DNA of 64,000 bases from Patescibacteria group bacterium (GCA_028710985.1 JAQTTB010000001.1:167397-231396), one strand, 5' to 3'; counted from the first letter of the stretch, positions 38,937 to 48,368 are shown. Notes: generated by a model not told the origin, from the letters alone. Made by a program: numbers and translations.

Positions 38937-39902
38937 ATGAAAAAACCGTTCAAAATCACGCTCATCGTTGCGCTGATTATCGTCGCACTGCTCATACTTA
39001 CGGCGTATCTTCTGACTCTGAATCCGTCCCAATTTAATATGCAGGGCAAAATGGGGCATGTTGTTTCGTCCGACGCCGGCGAGGGTGTCGCGTTTTTCGG
39101 AACCAATGAAGAAGGCACCGTAAGCCGTGAAATGGCAGTTACCGATTCTCTTAAAATGCCGGCCGCGGCTCCGATCGCGACCGAGTCCGCCGCTCCGGCC
39201 GATCTTATCGCGACGGAAAATCGTGTTATCAAAACCGGTGATATTCAGGCCAAAGTTGAAAGCGCCGCCGATTCGACCGCTCGCATCACTCAGATTGCCG
39301 CCGCCCACAAGGGCTTTGTCCAAAGCTCGTATATTTATGAAAGTCCAAAAGGCGCGAAAAGCGGCAACGTCGTAATCCGCGTCCCGGCCGCTGAATTTGA
39401 AGTTGCTTTCCAGGAGATTAAAGACGGCGTCAAAATGGTAATTTCGGAAAATGTTTCCGGCCAGGATGTCACGCAGGAATATGTGGATCTCAAGGCCCGC
39501 CTCACGAGCAAGCAGGCGGAAGAGGCTCAATATCTGGAAATACTGGATAAAGCATATACGGTTGAGGACATACTTCTCGTTACCGAACGCCTCGGCTGGG
39601 TGCGCCAGGAGATTGAACAGCTCCAGGGACAAATGAAATATCTTGAAAATCTGACCGATCTTTCAACCATTTCCGTTTTTGTCACCGAGGCGGAAAAAAT
39701 TGAACTGCCGGTTGAAAAATGGCAGCCGCTCGAAACAATCCGCCTCGCTTTCCGCGCCATGATTGCCTCTCTTCAGCGCATTGCCGATGCCGCGATCTGG
39801 CTCTTATTCTTTCTCGTCCTCATTGTCCTCCCGATCGCGATTGTCGTTAAATTAATCGTTATGGTCGTAAAAAAATTGCGCCGAAAAAAATCTAAAAAAT
39901 AA
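38937..39902 (+). CDS. DUF4349 domain protein
   Basis: RVIKTG, IRVPA, DVTQEYVDL.ARL, IEQLQGQMKYL, C-terminal TM. Confidence 0.88.
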   Translation: MKKPFKITLIVALIIVALLILTAYLLTLNPSQFNMQGKMGHVVSSDAGEGVAFFGTNEEGTVSREMAVTDSLKMPAAAPIATESAAPADLIATENRVIKTGDIQAKVESAADSTARITQIAAAHKGFVQSSYIYESPKGAKSGNVVIRVPAAEFEVAFQEIKDGVKMVISENVSGQDVTQEYVDLKARLTSKQAEEAQYLEILDKAYTVEDILLVTERLGWVRQEIEQLQGQMKYLENLTDLSTISVFVTEAEKIELPVEKWQPLETIRLAFRAMIASLQRIADAAIWLLFFLVLIVLPIAIVVKLIVMVVKKLRRKKSKK

Positions 39903-40876
39903 TGGATCCCAAACTTAATCCAAAACTCTACGCAAAAAATATTGAACTCGCGCCGGTGCGAAACGGCTACGGCGAGGGTGTGATTGACGCCGCAAAACGC
40001 AACCGCAATGTCGTTGTTCTCTGCAGCGACGTGGCCGAATCCACGCGCGTGCTTGATTTCAAGGAGAAATTCCCCGAGAGATTTATTGAATGCGGCGTGG
40101 CCGAACAGAACATGATGGGCGTAGCCGCCGGACTGGCGCGCGAAGGAAAAATTCCCTTCGTCACCGGCTATGCGGTATTTTCGCCCGGCCGGAACTGGGA
40201 CCAGCTCCGCGTCAATGTTTGCTATAACGACGTGCCCGTCAAAATATCCGGCGGGCACGCCGGCATTTCGGTCGGTCCGGACGGCGCGACTCATCAGGCA
40301 CTTGAAGACATCGCCCTGACCCGCGTTCTCCCGAATCTTACGGTTATCGTGCCCTGCGATGCGCTTGAAGCGCGCAAAGCCACCTTAGCGGCGGCAAAAA
40401 CCGCAGGTCCGGTCTACATCCGCCTCGCGCGCCACGCCTCGGCTGTGATCACCACCAAACGCACTCCGTTTAAAATCGGACGGGCGGAAATTTTCCATGC
40501 CGGAACCGACGCCACGATCTGCGCTTCGGGTCCGCTTCTCTACGAAGCCCTGCTCGCGGCAAAAGAGCTCGCGCGCGAAAAAATCTCCGTGGAGATAATT
40601 GACAATCACACCATCAAACCGCTTGATAATAAAACGATTTTGAAATCCGTGAAAAAAACCGGCTGCCTTGTTACCGTGGAAGAGCACCAGATTGCCGCCG
40701 GCGCCGGCAGCGCGGTTCTTGAAATGCTTGCCGAAAATTATCCGGTTCCGGCAATACGCGTCGGCATGCCCGATGCCTTCGGCGAATCCGGCGAAGCGGC
40801 CGAACTTCTGAAAAAATACCACATGAGCCTTGAAGCGATTATTCAAGCCGTGAGAAAAGTCATAAAAAGAAAATAG
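39902..40876 (+). CDS. Transketolase, C-terminal subunit
   Basis: ECGVAEQNM, VGPDGATHQALED, TIKPLD, VEEH. Confidence 0.95.
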   Translation: MDPKLNPKLYAKNIELAPVRNGYGEGVIDAAKRNRNVVVLCSDVAESTRVLDFKEKFPERFIECGVAEQNMMGVAAGLAREGKIPFVTGYAVFSPGRNWDQLRVNVCYNDVPVKISGGHAGISVGPDGATHQALEDIALTRVLPNLTVIVPCDALEARKATLAAAKTAGPVYIRLARHASAVITTKRTPFKIGRAEIFHAGTDATICASGPLLYEALLAAKELAREKISVEIIDNHTIKPLDNKTILKSVKKTGCLVTVEEHQIAAGAGSAVLEMLAENYPVPAIRVGMPDAFGESGEAAELLKKYHMSLEAIIQAVRKVIKRK

Positions 40877-40878
40877 CT

Positions 40879-41796
40879 ATGCTCGTCACCACTAAAAAAA
40901 TCCTTGGCCCAGCCCGGCGCGGCCGCTACGCGGTCGGCGCGTTCAATGTCAATAACATGGAAATCCTGCAGGCCGTTATTGCCGCCGGAATCCGGATGAA
41001 ATCACCGCTCATCATCCAGACCTCCGAAGGCGCGATTTCTTACGCCGGCATGGATTATCTCATCGCCATGACCCGCCTCGCCGCTTCTTCGCCCATTCCG
41101 GTCGCTCTGCATCTTGACCACGGCAAAAATTTAAAAATTATTAAAAAAGCAATTGATTCGGGTTACACATCGGTCATGTTTGACGGCTCGCATCTTCCGC
41201 TCGCGAAAAATATCAAATTCACGCGCCAGGTTGTCTCCTGGGCGCGCCGGCGCGGGGTTTCGGTTGAAGCCGAACTCGGCGCCATTGCCGGCATTGAAGA
41301 TTTTGTTTCCGTCTCGGCGCGCGACGCGCATCTCACAGGTCCGGAAGAAGCGCGCGATTTTGTCCGCCGGACCGGCTGCGACTCGCTCGCCGTGGCCATC
41401 GGCACGGCCCACGGCGCCTACAAGTTCAAAGGCGCCGCCAAACTGGATCTCGCCCGCCTTGCCGAAATCCGGAAAAAAGTCAGCGTTCCCCTGGTGCTTC
41501 ACGGCGCAAGCGGCGTGCCGCAGACTCTCGTGAGACAGGCGGAAAAATTCGGCGCCCGGCTGAACAATCCGCGCGGCGTTTCCGACACTCTGATTAAAAA
41601 AGCCGTCCGCCTCGGCATCTGCAAAATCAACACCGATACCGACCTGCGCCTTGCCTTTACCGCCGGTGTTCGCAGCGCCCTGGCCGAAAACCCCAAGGAA
41701 ATTGATCCGCGAAAAATCCTCGGCCCGGCGCGCGAGATTATTCAGCGGGTGGTGAAGCAGCGAATAAATATTTTTGGATCAAAAAACAAAGCCTGA
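40879..41796 (+). CDS. fba: Fructose-1,6-bisphosphate aldolase class II
   Basis: YAVGAFN, LHLDHG, TSVMFDGS, VEAELG, GTAHGAYK, LVLHGASG, KINTDTD. Confidence 0.96.
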   Translation: MLVTTKKILGPARRGRYAVGAFNVNNMEILQAVIAAGIRMKSPLIIQTSEGAISYAGMDYLIAMTRLAASSPIPVALHLDHGKNLKIIKKAIDSGYTSVMFDGSHLPLAKNIKFTRQVVSWARRRGVSVEAELGAIAGIEDFVSVSARDAHLTGPEEARDFVRRTGCDSLAVAIGTAHGAYKFKGAAKLDLARLAEIRKKVSVPLVLHGASGVPQTLVRQAEKFGARLNNPRGVSDTLIKKAVRLGICKINTDTDLRLAFTAGVRSALAENPKEIDPRKILGPAREIIQRVVKQRINIFGSKNKA

Positions 41797-41887
41797 ATAG
41801 GAATCAGGAAGCATGAAGCATGAATCAGGAATTTTGAACCAATATCCCATTTTTTTCCTGATTCCTAATTCCTGATTCCTAATTCCT
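41797..41887. repeat. Inverted heptamer tandem arrays
   Basis: (tcaggaa/gcatgaa)x5 then (ttcctga/ttcctaa)x4-5 between fba and the PfkB gene. Confidence 0.8.
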
Positions 41888-41893
41888 CGAAAT

Positions 41894-42871
41894 ATGTTTG
41901 ACATTATTACTATCGGTTCGGCCACGCGCGACGTTTTTCTTGAGAGCGGCCAGATCAAAATAAAAAAATCCAAAACCTCCCCGACCGGGCTGGACGAGTG
42001 CATCCCGCTTGGCGCCAAGATTGAACTCAAGGATATTACTTTTGACACCGGCGGCGGCGCCACCAACGCGGCCGCGACCTTCGGAAATCTTGGCCTCAAA
42101 GCCGCGGCAATCTGCCGCATCGGCAAAGATTACGGCGGGCTTGAGATTCTTCAGGCTTTGAAAAACCGCGGCATCTCAAGCAAATTCATCCAGTATGATA
42201 AAAAACTCCGCACCGCCTATTCCCTGATTCTTCTCGCCGGTTCGGGCGAACGGAGCATTTTGGTCTACCGCGGCGCGAGTGAAAAAATATCGGCGAGTGA
42301 AGTTCCCTGGAAAGAAATAAAAACCAAATGGCTCTATGTGACTTCGCTTGCCGGCAACCTCGCTCTTACGAAAAAAATCTGGCAGTTTGCCAAAGCGAAT
42401 AAAATTAAAATCGCCTGGAACCCGGGCGGAAAAGAACTCGACCTCGGCTTTTCCCGGCTCGCTCCCCTGATCCGCCAGACCGATTTTTTCACCGTGAATA
42501 TTGAAGAAGGCGCCAAACTTGCCGGCACGAAAGATGGCGACGTTAAATCGATTGCCGCAAAACTGAAAAAAATCAGCCGTTGCCTTGCGATTACCGCCGG
42601 ACGCGAAGGCGCGTATGTTTACTCGCGGGGCGCGTCTCTTTATGCCCCGTCGCTCGCCGTGAAGCGCGTCAACACCACCGGCGCCGGCGACGCCTTTGGC
42701 TCCGGCTTCATCTCATCGCTTATTCTCCGCCGCGATCTGCGGCACGCCCTGCGCCTTGCCATCCTGAATTCCAATATGGTCATCACCAAGATGGGCGCGA
42801 AAAACGGACTTTTGGAAAAACTCCCCTCAAAAAAAGAATTGGACCGCGTCAAAGTCCGCAATATTAAATAA
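41894..42871 (+). CDS. PfkB-family carbohydrate kinase
   Basis: GGGATNAA, NTTGAGDAFGSGF. Confidence 0.93.
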   Translation: MFDIITIGSATRDVFLESGQIKIKKSKTSPTGLDECIPLGAKIELKDITFDTGGGATNAAATFGNLGLKAAAICRIGKDYGGLEILQALKNRGISSKFIQYDKKLRTAYSLILLAGSGERSILVYRGASEKISASEVPWKEIKTKWLYVTSLAGNLALTKKIWQFAKANKIKIAWNPGGKELDLGFSRLAPLIRQTDFFTVNIEEGAKLAGTKDGDVKSIAAKLKKISRCLAITAGREGAYVYSRGASLYAPSLAVKRVNTTGAGDAFGSGFISSLILRRDLRHALRLAILNSNMVITKMGAKNGLLEKLPSKKELDRVKVRNIK

Positions 42872-42874
42872 TAT

Positions 42875-43864
42875 ATGAAAAAAAATATATTTATCACGCG
42901 CGAAATACCGGAAATCGCGATTAAGATGCTGAAAGCGAATAAAAATTTTGACGTAAAAATTAACCGGTCGGACAAAACCCTGTCGCGCACCGCCCTGCTC
43001 CGCGCGGTTAAAGGCTGCTCCGGCATTCTCTCGCTCCTGACCGACAAGATCGACGCCAAGCTCATGGATGCCGCCGGCCCAAATTTAAAAATCATCGCCA
43101 ACTACGCGGTTGGCTACGACAACATTGACTGCGCGGCCGCCGCTTCTCGCGGCATCAAAGTCGGCTTTACTCCGTGCGACGAAGTTTCCGAAGCCGTTGC
43201 GGAATTTACATTCGCCCTCCTTACCGCTCTCTCGCGCCGCATTGTTGAAGCCGATAAATACACGCGCACCGGGCACTATGACGAGTGGAAGCCCCTCGTT
43301 ATGCTCGGCCGCGATATCCACGGAAAAACTCTGGGCATCATCGGCCTGGGCCGCATCGGCCGCGCCGTCTGCCAACGCGCGGTCAAGGGATTCGGCATGA
43401 AGGTGGTTTATTGCGACCGTATGGCTGATAAAAAATTTGAAAAAGAGTTTAACGCCAAAAAAGTCTCCATGGAGATGCTCCTCAAAAAATCCGACTATGT
43501 GAGCCTCCATGTTCCCCTGCTCCCCTCCACCCGCCATATGATTTCCATGCGCGAATTAAAACTCATGAAGAAAACCGCTTATCTTATCAATACCGCCCGC
43601 GGCCCGATGGTACACGAGAAGGCCCTGCTCAAAGCACTCTACGCCCATGAAATCGCCGGCGCCGCACTTGATGTTTTTGAATGCGAACCCGCGATTGACT
43701 GCGATCTTACCGACCGCTACGAACTGCGCAAACTTCCGAATGTCATCATCACGCCCCATGCCGCCTCGGCCACCATCGAAGCGCGCAACGCCATGGCCCG
43801 GCTAGCGGCACAAAACATCATCGGCGTTCTCACCGGAAAAAAAGCGCCAACACTAGTAAAGTAA
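42875..43864 (+). CDS. D-2-hydroxyacid dehydrogenase (glyoxylate/hydroxypyruvate reductase type)
   Basis: YAVGYDNID, GLGRIG, INTARG, ALDVFECEP, TPHAAS. Confidence 0.93.
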   Translation: MKKNIFITREIPEIAIKMLKANKNFDVKINRSDKTLSRTALLRAVKGCSGILSLLTDKIDAKLMDAAGPNLKIIANYAVGYDNIDCAAAASRGIKVGFTPCDEVSEAVAEFTFALLTALSRRIVEADKYTRTGHYDEWKPLVMLGRDIHGKTLGIIGLGRIGRAVCQRAVKGFGMKVVYCDRMADKKFEKEFNAKKVSMEMLLKKSDYVSLHVPLLPSTRHMISMRELKLMKKTAYLINTARGPMVHEKALLKALYAHEIAGAALDVFECEPAIDCDLTDRYELRKLPNVIITPHAASATIEARNAMARLAAQNIIGVLTGKKAPTLVK

Positions 43865-43926
43865 TACAAACTCAAAAAATCGCCCCGGTAAAAATTACTT
43901 GGGCGATTTTATTGCTGATATAAAAT

Positions 43927-44100
43927 CCCTCTCTGTCTCTCCCTTTTTCAAAGGGAGAGAACCGTCTTTGGCCGCTTAGAAATAACCCTGGGGTTCGGGG
44001 GCGCAACTGAGCGTCATATTAATCTGTAAAGAGTTGCCTATTTCATGAGAGCGAATTTGCGACCCCGAAACTTTTGCATACTTTTGGTTACAAAAGTATG
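43927..44100. repeat. Intergenic palindromic/MITE-like sequences
   Basis: tctctccctttttcaaagggagaga hairpin; ttcggggg-cgcaa...ttgcg-accccgaa long stem followed by catacttttggttacaaaagtatg. Confidence 0.5.
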
Positions 44101-44127
44101 TCCTGCTGAAAGCAAAAAAAATAAAAA

Positions 44128-44892
44128 TCACACTCTAAGACCATCAAACCCCAGCACCACCTGACCCGCAAATCCTGTCGTGTGCGCCTGCCGCGCAATT
44201 TCCCGGCGCGCCCGCTCGTATGGCGGATACCCGTGCCCGATCTGCGTCAAGATTAATTTCTTCGGCCGCAATATTTTACCAAGCGCGATCGCCTGTCCGG
44301 CGTTCAAATGCCCCTTCATCCCCTTTCCGAACCACAACGCCGCGTCAAGAAATAAGACATCCAAATTTTTAAAATACTTTAAATTGCTTTTTGGAATCTC
44401 GCCGACATCGGAAATATAGCCGAGCTTGTTATCGATTATATAACCGACCGTGGGAAATCCGGGCGTTAGCCCGTGCCGCACCCGATACGCAACGACTTTA
44501 AACGGACCGATTGATTTGCGACTTCCGATTTTAATTTCCCTGAGGAGCAATTTTTTTGTTTTTTTAATTTTTTTAAAATTTATCGACTCGGAATAGACTG
44601 GCACAGCGGCCTCTGACCACCCGCCAAGTTTATTTAAACCTCCGGCCGCGTCAGCATGGAGATGAGTCAGAATCACGGTGTCAATCTTTTTTATTTTTTC
44701 TCTTTTGAGCTGCAGCAAAAAATCCGGCCCGCAGTCAATCAAAAGATTGAATCCGCGCTTTTCAATTATCAGCGAACTTCTTGTCCGCCGTGATTTGCTC
44801 CCGGACCGCCGCGCGTCGCGGCAAGTCGGGCATTTGCATGCCCTTCTCGGAATCGCTGTACACGGTCCGGACCCTAAGATCGTAATTTTCAT
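44128..44892 (-). CDS. MBL-fold phosphodiesterase, PhnP/YycJ-like
   Basis: ILGSG...CKCPTC...RRTRSS, LIDCGPD, THLHADAAGG (final motif His replaced). Confidence 0.85.
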   Translation of the reverse strand: MKITILGSGPCTAIPRRACKCPTCRDARRSGSKSRRTRSSLIIEKRGFNLLIDCGPDFLLQLKREKIKKIDTVILTHLHADAAGGLNKLGGWSEAAVPVYSESINFKKIKKTKKLLLREIKIGSRKSIGPFKVVAYRVRHGLTPGFPTVGYIIDNKLGYISDVGEIPKSNLKYFKNLDVLFLDAALWFGKGMKGHLNAGQAIALGKILRPKKLILTQIGHGYPPYERARREIARQAHTTGFAGQVVLGFDGLRV

Positions 44893-44949
44893 ATCTTGAC
44901 TTATCAATAATCTAAGTATATATTACTAAATAGTTTTTGAAAATATCAC

Positions 44950-45183
44950 GGGCCCGTGGTTCCCTCCTCCGCTCTCGTTTCACTCGAGCTACGGCGGGCA
45001 AGCAGCTGGTAGAACCTGCCTGCCGGTAGGCAGGCACCTCGTTTGTCCCGAAACCTTTGGGCTCGTAGTTCAGTTGGTAGAACGCCTCGTTTGCAACGAG
45101 GAGGTCACCGGTTCGAATCCGGTCGAGTCCAAAGGTTTCGGGAGGGAAGTCACCCCGACGTAACGTCGGGGTCGGGTCCACCA
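44950..45183 (+). pseudogene. Disrupted outer tRNA-Ala(TGC) containing three palindromic insertions and a nested intact tRNA-Ala
   Basis: gggcccgtggttc[41 nt]agctggtagaa[20 nt]cacctcgtttg[IR-tRNA-IR]ggaagtcacc[palindrome]ggtcgggtccACCA. Confidence 0.8.
45059..45131 (+). tRNA. tRNA-Ala(TGC), flanked by a 15-bp perfect inverted repeat
   Basis: gggctcgtagttcagttggtagaacg-cctcg-ttTGCaa-cgagg-aggtcaccggttcgaatccggtcgagtcca; G3:U70. Confidence 0.95.
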
Positions 45184-45203
45184 GATTAAATTAAACAAAC
45201 GTT

Positions 45204-45791
45204 ATGGCAACATCAAAACGAGTCTTCATCATTCATGGCTGGGATGGCTATCCGGAAGAAGGGATCTTCCCCTGGCTTAAAAAAGAAATGCAGGATCGGG
45301 GTTTTGAGGTCTTTAATCCATCCATGCCAGACCCATTAAAACCGCAAATCGAAACCTGGGTTCAATATCTCAAAGAACAGATCGGCGTGCCGGATGAAAA
45401 CACGTTTCTTTTTGGACATTCAATCGGCGCTCAGACTATTTTGAGGTATATTGAAACACTGCCCAGGGATATAAAAATCGGCGGAGCAGTTTTCCTGGCA
45501 GGATGGGTCCATCTTACGGACGAAGCTTATGAAACCGACGAGGATCCAGTCATTGCCAAGCCTTGGCTGGAAACCCCCATAGACTGGGATGAGATTAAAT
45601 CTCATTCTAATAAATTCATCGGCATCTTTTCGGATGATGACCCGCTTGTACCGATTTCCGATGCGAAAATTTTTGAAAGTAAGCTGGGGGCAAAAATCAT
45701 CATCGAACACGAAAAAGAGCATTTTAGCGGAAGCACGGGAATAAAAGAGCTGCCCGCCACCCTGAATGCGCTCCTGGAAATCGCCGAATGA
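45204..45791 (+). CDS. RBBP9/YdeN-family alpha/beta hydrolase
   Basis: IIHGW...WL, GHSIG nucleophile elbow, SDDDP, EHF. Confidence 0.9.
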   Translation: MATSKRVFIIHGWDGYPEEGIFPWLKKEMQDRGFEVFNPSMPDPLKPQIETWVQYLKEQIGVPDENTFLFGHSIGAQTILRYIETLPRDIKIGGAVFLAGWVHLTDEAYETDEDPVIAKPWLETPIDWDEIKSHSNKFIGIFSDDDPLVPISDAKIFESKLGAKIIIEHEKEHFSGSTGIKELPATLNALLEIAE

Positions 45792-45840
45792 TATAAAAAA
45801 TTTAAACTTCTCTCCAAACCGAGGAGGGATAACGAAAAAT

Positions 45841-45906
45841 ATGAAAAAAACAAAAAAGAAAGCCGCCAAAAAGGCCTGCAAGGGCTGCAAATGCTCCTGC
45901 AAATAA
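45841..45906 (+). CDS. 21-aa Lys/Cys-rich micro-protein
   Basis: GAGGAGG SD; MKKTKKKAAKKACKGCKCSCK; followed by terminator 45910-45955. Confidence 0.55.
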   Translation: MKKTKKKAAKKACKGCKCSCK

Positions 45907-46083
45907 TAAAAAAGCGTCCCGACTGAACGAATTGAACGCCGGGACGCTTTTTTTATTCAAAACTCTTGACAAATTGTCTTGATGTATTCCAAAAAGTATA
46001 TTATAATTTAATTAGTAATTGATTTTTAAAATTTTTTCCTTACGAAAGGACAAAAAAACCACAAAGAAAGGAGGTGAACGGTT

Positions 46084-46155
46084 ATGGCAAAGAAGAAAGC
46101 CAAAAAGAAAGTCGCAAAGAAGAAAAAAGCGACAAAAAAGAAAAAGAAAAGATAA
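46084..46155 (+). CDS. 23-aa histone-H1/protamine-like basic micro-protein
   Basis: AAAGGAGGTGA SD; MAKKKAKKKVAKKKKATKKKKKR; upstream TTGACA/TATAAT-like boxes and a downstream hairpin. Confidence 0.7.
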   Translation: MAKKKAKKKVAKKKKATKKKKKR

Positions 46156-46316
46156 TTTTTTTCTTTTACCAAACATCGAAAAGGCTCCCAAGACTGTCTG
46201 CCATCAATGCTTGTATGGCAAACAGCCCGCGGGAGTCTTTTTACTTTAAAAAACGCCCGCCGCAATTTCCCTGCCCGGGCGTAATATATATTTTCCGGCC
46301 GTCCGCTGAAATTTGG

Positions 46317-47573
46317 CTAAAATAAAGCTTTTTGGCTTGGTTTCTTGCTCAACTTCTCCTCATCGCTGAAGAGCTTCACGGTCCCGTATTCACCGTCATA
46401 TCCCGGATTGATGATGAGCCTTCCATCACGCGCGCGCGCCACCGCCTCGGCAATCATATCGCCGAATTTTTTTTCAATGTTTTTGATTTCCGTGTCCAAG
46501 AGCACCCCAAACTCCGAACCGAATTCATTAATCATCTCGTTGTAAATCTGCAAAACCTTTTTTGTCTTGGCGCCCTGATCCACGGCTTCGGAAATAATCT
46601 CCGCGAGCGGCACCATGCTCCGGTACGGAACCGCGCCCTCCGGACGCCTTCCCTCGGCATTGTCCGCCAAGTTATCCACACGGTTCAACACTCCGAGCGT
46701 CAGCTTCTTGCCGCATTTCGGACAAATTTCTTTGTTTTTCTTGGTTTCGGCCGGCTTGAAGCGCACGCCGCACTCGCGATGGCCGTCATAATGGTATTTT
46801 CCCTCTTCCGGGTAGAACTCAATGGTATAAAGAAATTTCTTTGTATCGCGTTTGCGCAGAATATCAAAGATATTATTATAATTTATGTCATCAAGCTCAA
46901 AAACATTGGCTTCGCGGCCCAGATTTCCCGGACTATGCGCATCGGAATTGGAAACCAGCATGATATTATCGAGTTTTGAACACCGCCAGTTCATTGCCGG
47001 GTCGCTTGAAAGCCCGGTTTCAATCGCGTGGATATGCGGCGCGAGCTCGTCAAAACACTCTTCGATGGAATCGTAGCCGCTTTTTGATCCGAAAATCGCA
47101 AACCACGGCGTCCAGGCATGAGCCGGAATGAGCATCGCTTCATCCGTGATGTCCAAGAGCATCTGCAATATCTCTTTAGAAGTAACGCCGACAATCGGCC
47201 GGCCGTCAGAGCGCAGGTTGCACCCGCGTTTCTCAAGAGCCGCGATAAATTTCTCAATCGCCGCGATGCTCGGGAGATAAATATTGTGATGCACGCGCCG
47301 CACGGCCCCTGACTTTTTATAAATGCAGGATATTTCCGTGCCCAAAATAAATTTGGTCGAAGATTTTTTATTTTTTAACTCAAAAATGCCCGGACCGCAT
47401 TCCGCGAGTTCGGATTTGATTGATTCAATCCACGCGGGATAAGTAAAATCCGCGGTTGAAACAACCTGAATCCCTTTTTTCTCGCACCCGGCGGCAATGT
47501 TCGCAAGCGTCAGCTCCGGCGAGCAGGAGCGGGAGTATTTTGAATGGATATGGAGATCGGCAATGACGCGCAT
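46317..47573 (-). CDS. Endonuclease Q family (PHP domain, TIGR00375-like)
   Basis: ADLHIHSKYSR, SDGRP, IPAHAWTPW, ETGLSSDP, SNSDAHS, GKYH..GHREC, CPKCG, PGYDGEYG. Confidence 0.9.
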   Translation of the reverse strand: MRVIADLHIHSKYSRSCSPELTLANIAAGCEKKGIQVVSTADFTYPAWIESIKSELAECGPGIFELKNKKSSTKFILGTEISCIYKKSGAVRRVHHNIYLPSIAAIEKFIAALEKRGCNLRSDGRPIVGVTSKEILQMLLDITDEAMLIPAHAWTPWFAIFGSKSGYDSIEECFDELAPHIHAIETGLSSDPAMNWRCSKLDNIMLVSNSDAHSPGNLGREANVFELDDINYNNIFDILRKRDTKKFLYTIEFYPEEGKYHYDGHRECGVRFKPAETKKNKEICPKCGKKLTLGVLNRVDNLADNAEGRRPEGAVPYRSMVPLAEIISEAVDQGAKTKKVLQIYNEMINEFGSEFGVLLDTEIKNIEKKFGDMIAEAVARARDGRLIINPGYDGEYGTVKLFSDEEKLSKKPSQKALF

Positions 47574-47574
47574 A

Positions 47575-48048
47575 TTACAATTTCTTGTTCATCATAAGCA
47601 TGTACGGCTTAAGTCCCCATTTCTTATAAAATTTTATTGCATGGACATTATTCGCAACCACATTAAGCTGCAAAAATTTGACTCTTCCCATCTTAAACCA
47701 CTTAAGGGTATCCTTCCATAAAAGATCGGAAACTCCCTTACCGCGATATTTCGGAATAACGAATATCTGCGCCAAATGTCCGATTAGCAGCTTTCGATCG
47801 TCAGGATAGTTTCTGATTCCCGCCAAGAGATACCCCACCGGCGCGGTGTCGTCTACCGCCACGATAAAATAAGTCTTTCTCTGCCTCGCCCACTTTAAAA
47901 ACTTTTTCCTTGACGTCGATCTTGAAAAAGCAACAAAACTCGGATCGATTTTTCTAAAAAGCGGCCGATGAAAAGCCCAAATTCCGGCGGTCAACTTCTT
48001 CATCGCCGGCCAATCGCTTGCTTTAACTTTTCTTATTTTTATATTCAT
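47575..48048 (-). CDS. GNAT acetyltransferase
   Basis: IFVIPKYRGKGV, V..NN..AIKFYKKWG. Confidence 0.88.
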   Translation of the reverse strand: MNIKIRKVKASDWPAMKKLTAGIWAFHRPLFRKIDPSFVAFSRSTSRKKFLKWARQRKTYFIVAVDDTAPVGYLLAGIRNYPDDRKLLIGHLAQIFVIPKYRGKGVSDLLWKDTLKWFKMGRVKFLQLNVVANNVHAIKFYKKWGLKPYMLMMNKKL

Positions 48049-48098
48049 ATTACCACTATAATAACTCAAAATATCCAAAAAAGCCAATCAAAAAATCC

Positions 48099-48315
48099 GT
48101 AGAGGCATACTGCAATGCGCTCCTATGGACATTCTCATAATCCGATATTATATATTTTGGCCAAATTTTGAATCGTAGGGGCCGACCCCTGTGTCGGCCC
48201 AGGTAGCCACCGCGCCCAACGGTTACCTAGCCGGGGCGGACGCGGGGGTCCGCCCCTACACGCCGACAACATCCTCTGCGATATTTAACAGGGCGACCGC
48301 AAGGGTCGCCCCTAC
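48099..48315. repeat. Cluster of GTAG-type REP palindromes downstream of 5S
   Basis: gtaggggccgacccctgtgtcggccc (48175), ggggcggacgcgggggtccgcccctac (48233), gggcgaccgcaagggtcgcccctac (48291), degenerate copy at 48099. Confidence 0.8.
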
Positions 48316-48368
48316 ATACGAATCTTTGAGATACAAAAAATCACCCTTACGGATGATTTTTTGATAAT

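Noticed and set aside
44950..45183. Outer tRNA-Ala as a functional intron-containing tRNA
   Set aside because: Inserts lack group I/II or bulge-helix-bulge features, the T loop is replaced and the 3' anticodon stem is partly lost; it is better read as a pseudogene.
48099..48315. Clustered palindromes as a CRISPR array
   Set aside because: Units are not identical, orientation and spacing vary, and no cas genes are present; they fit GTAG-type REPs.
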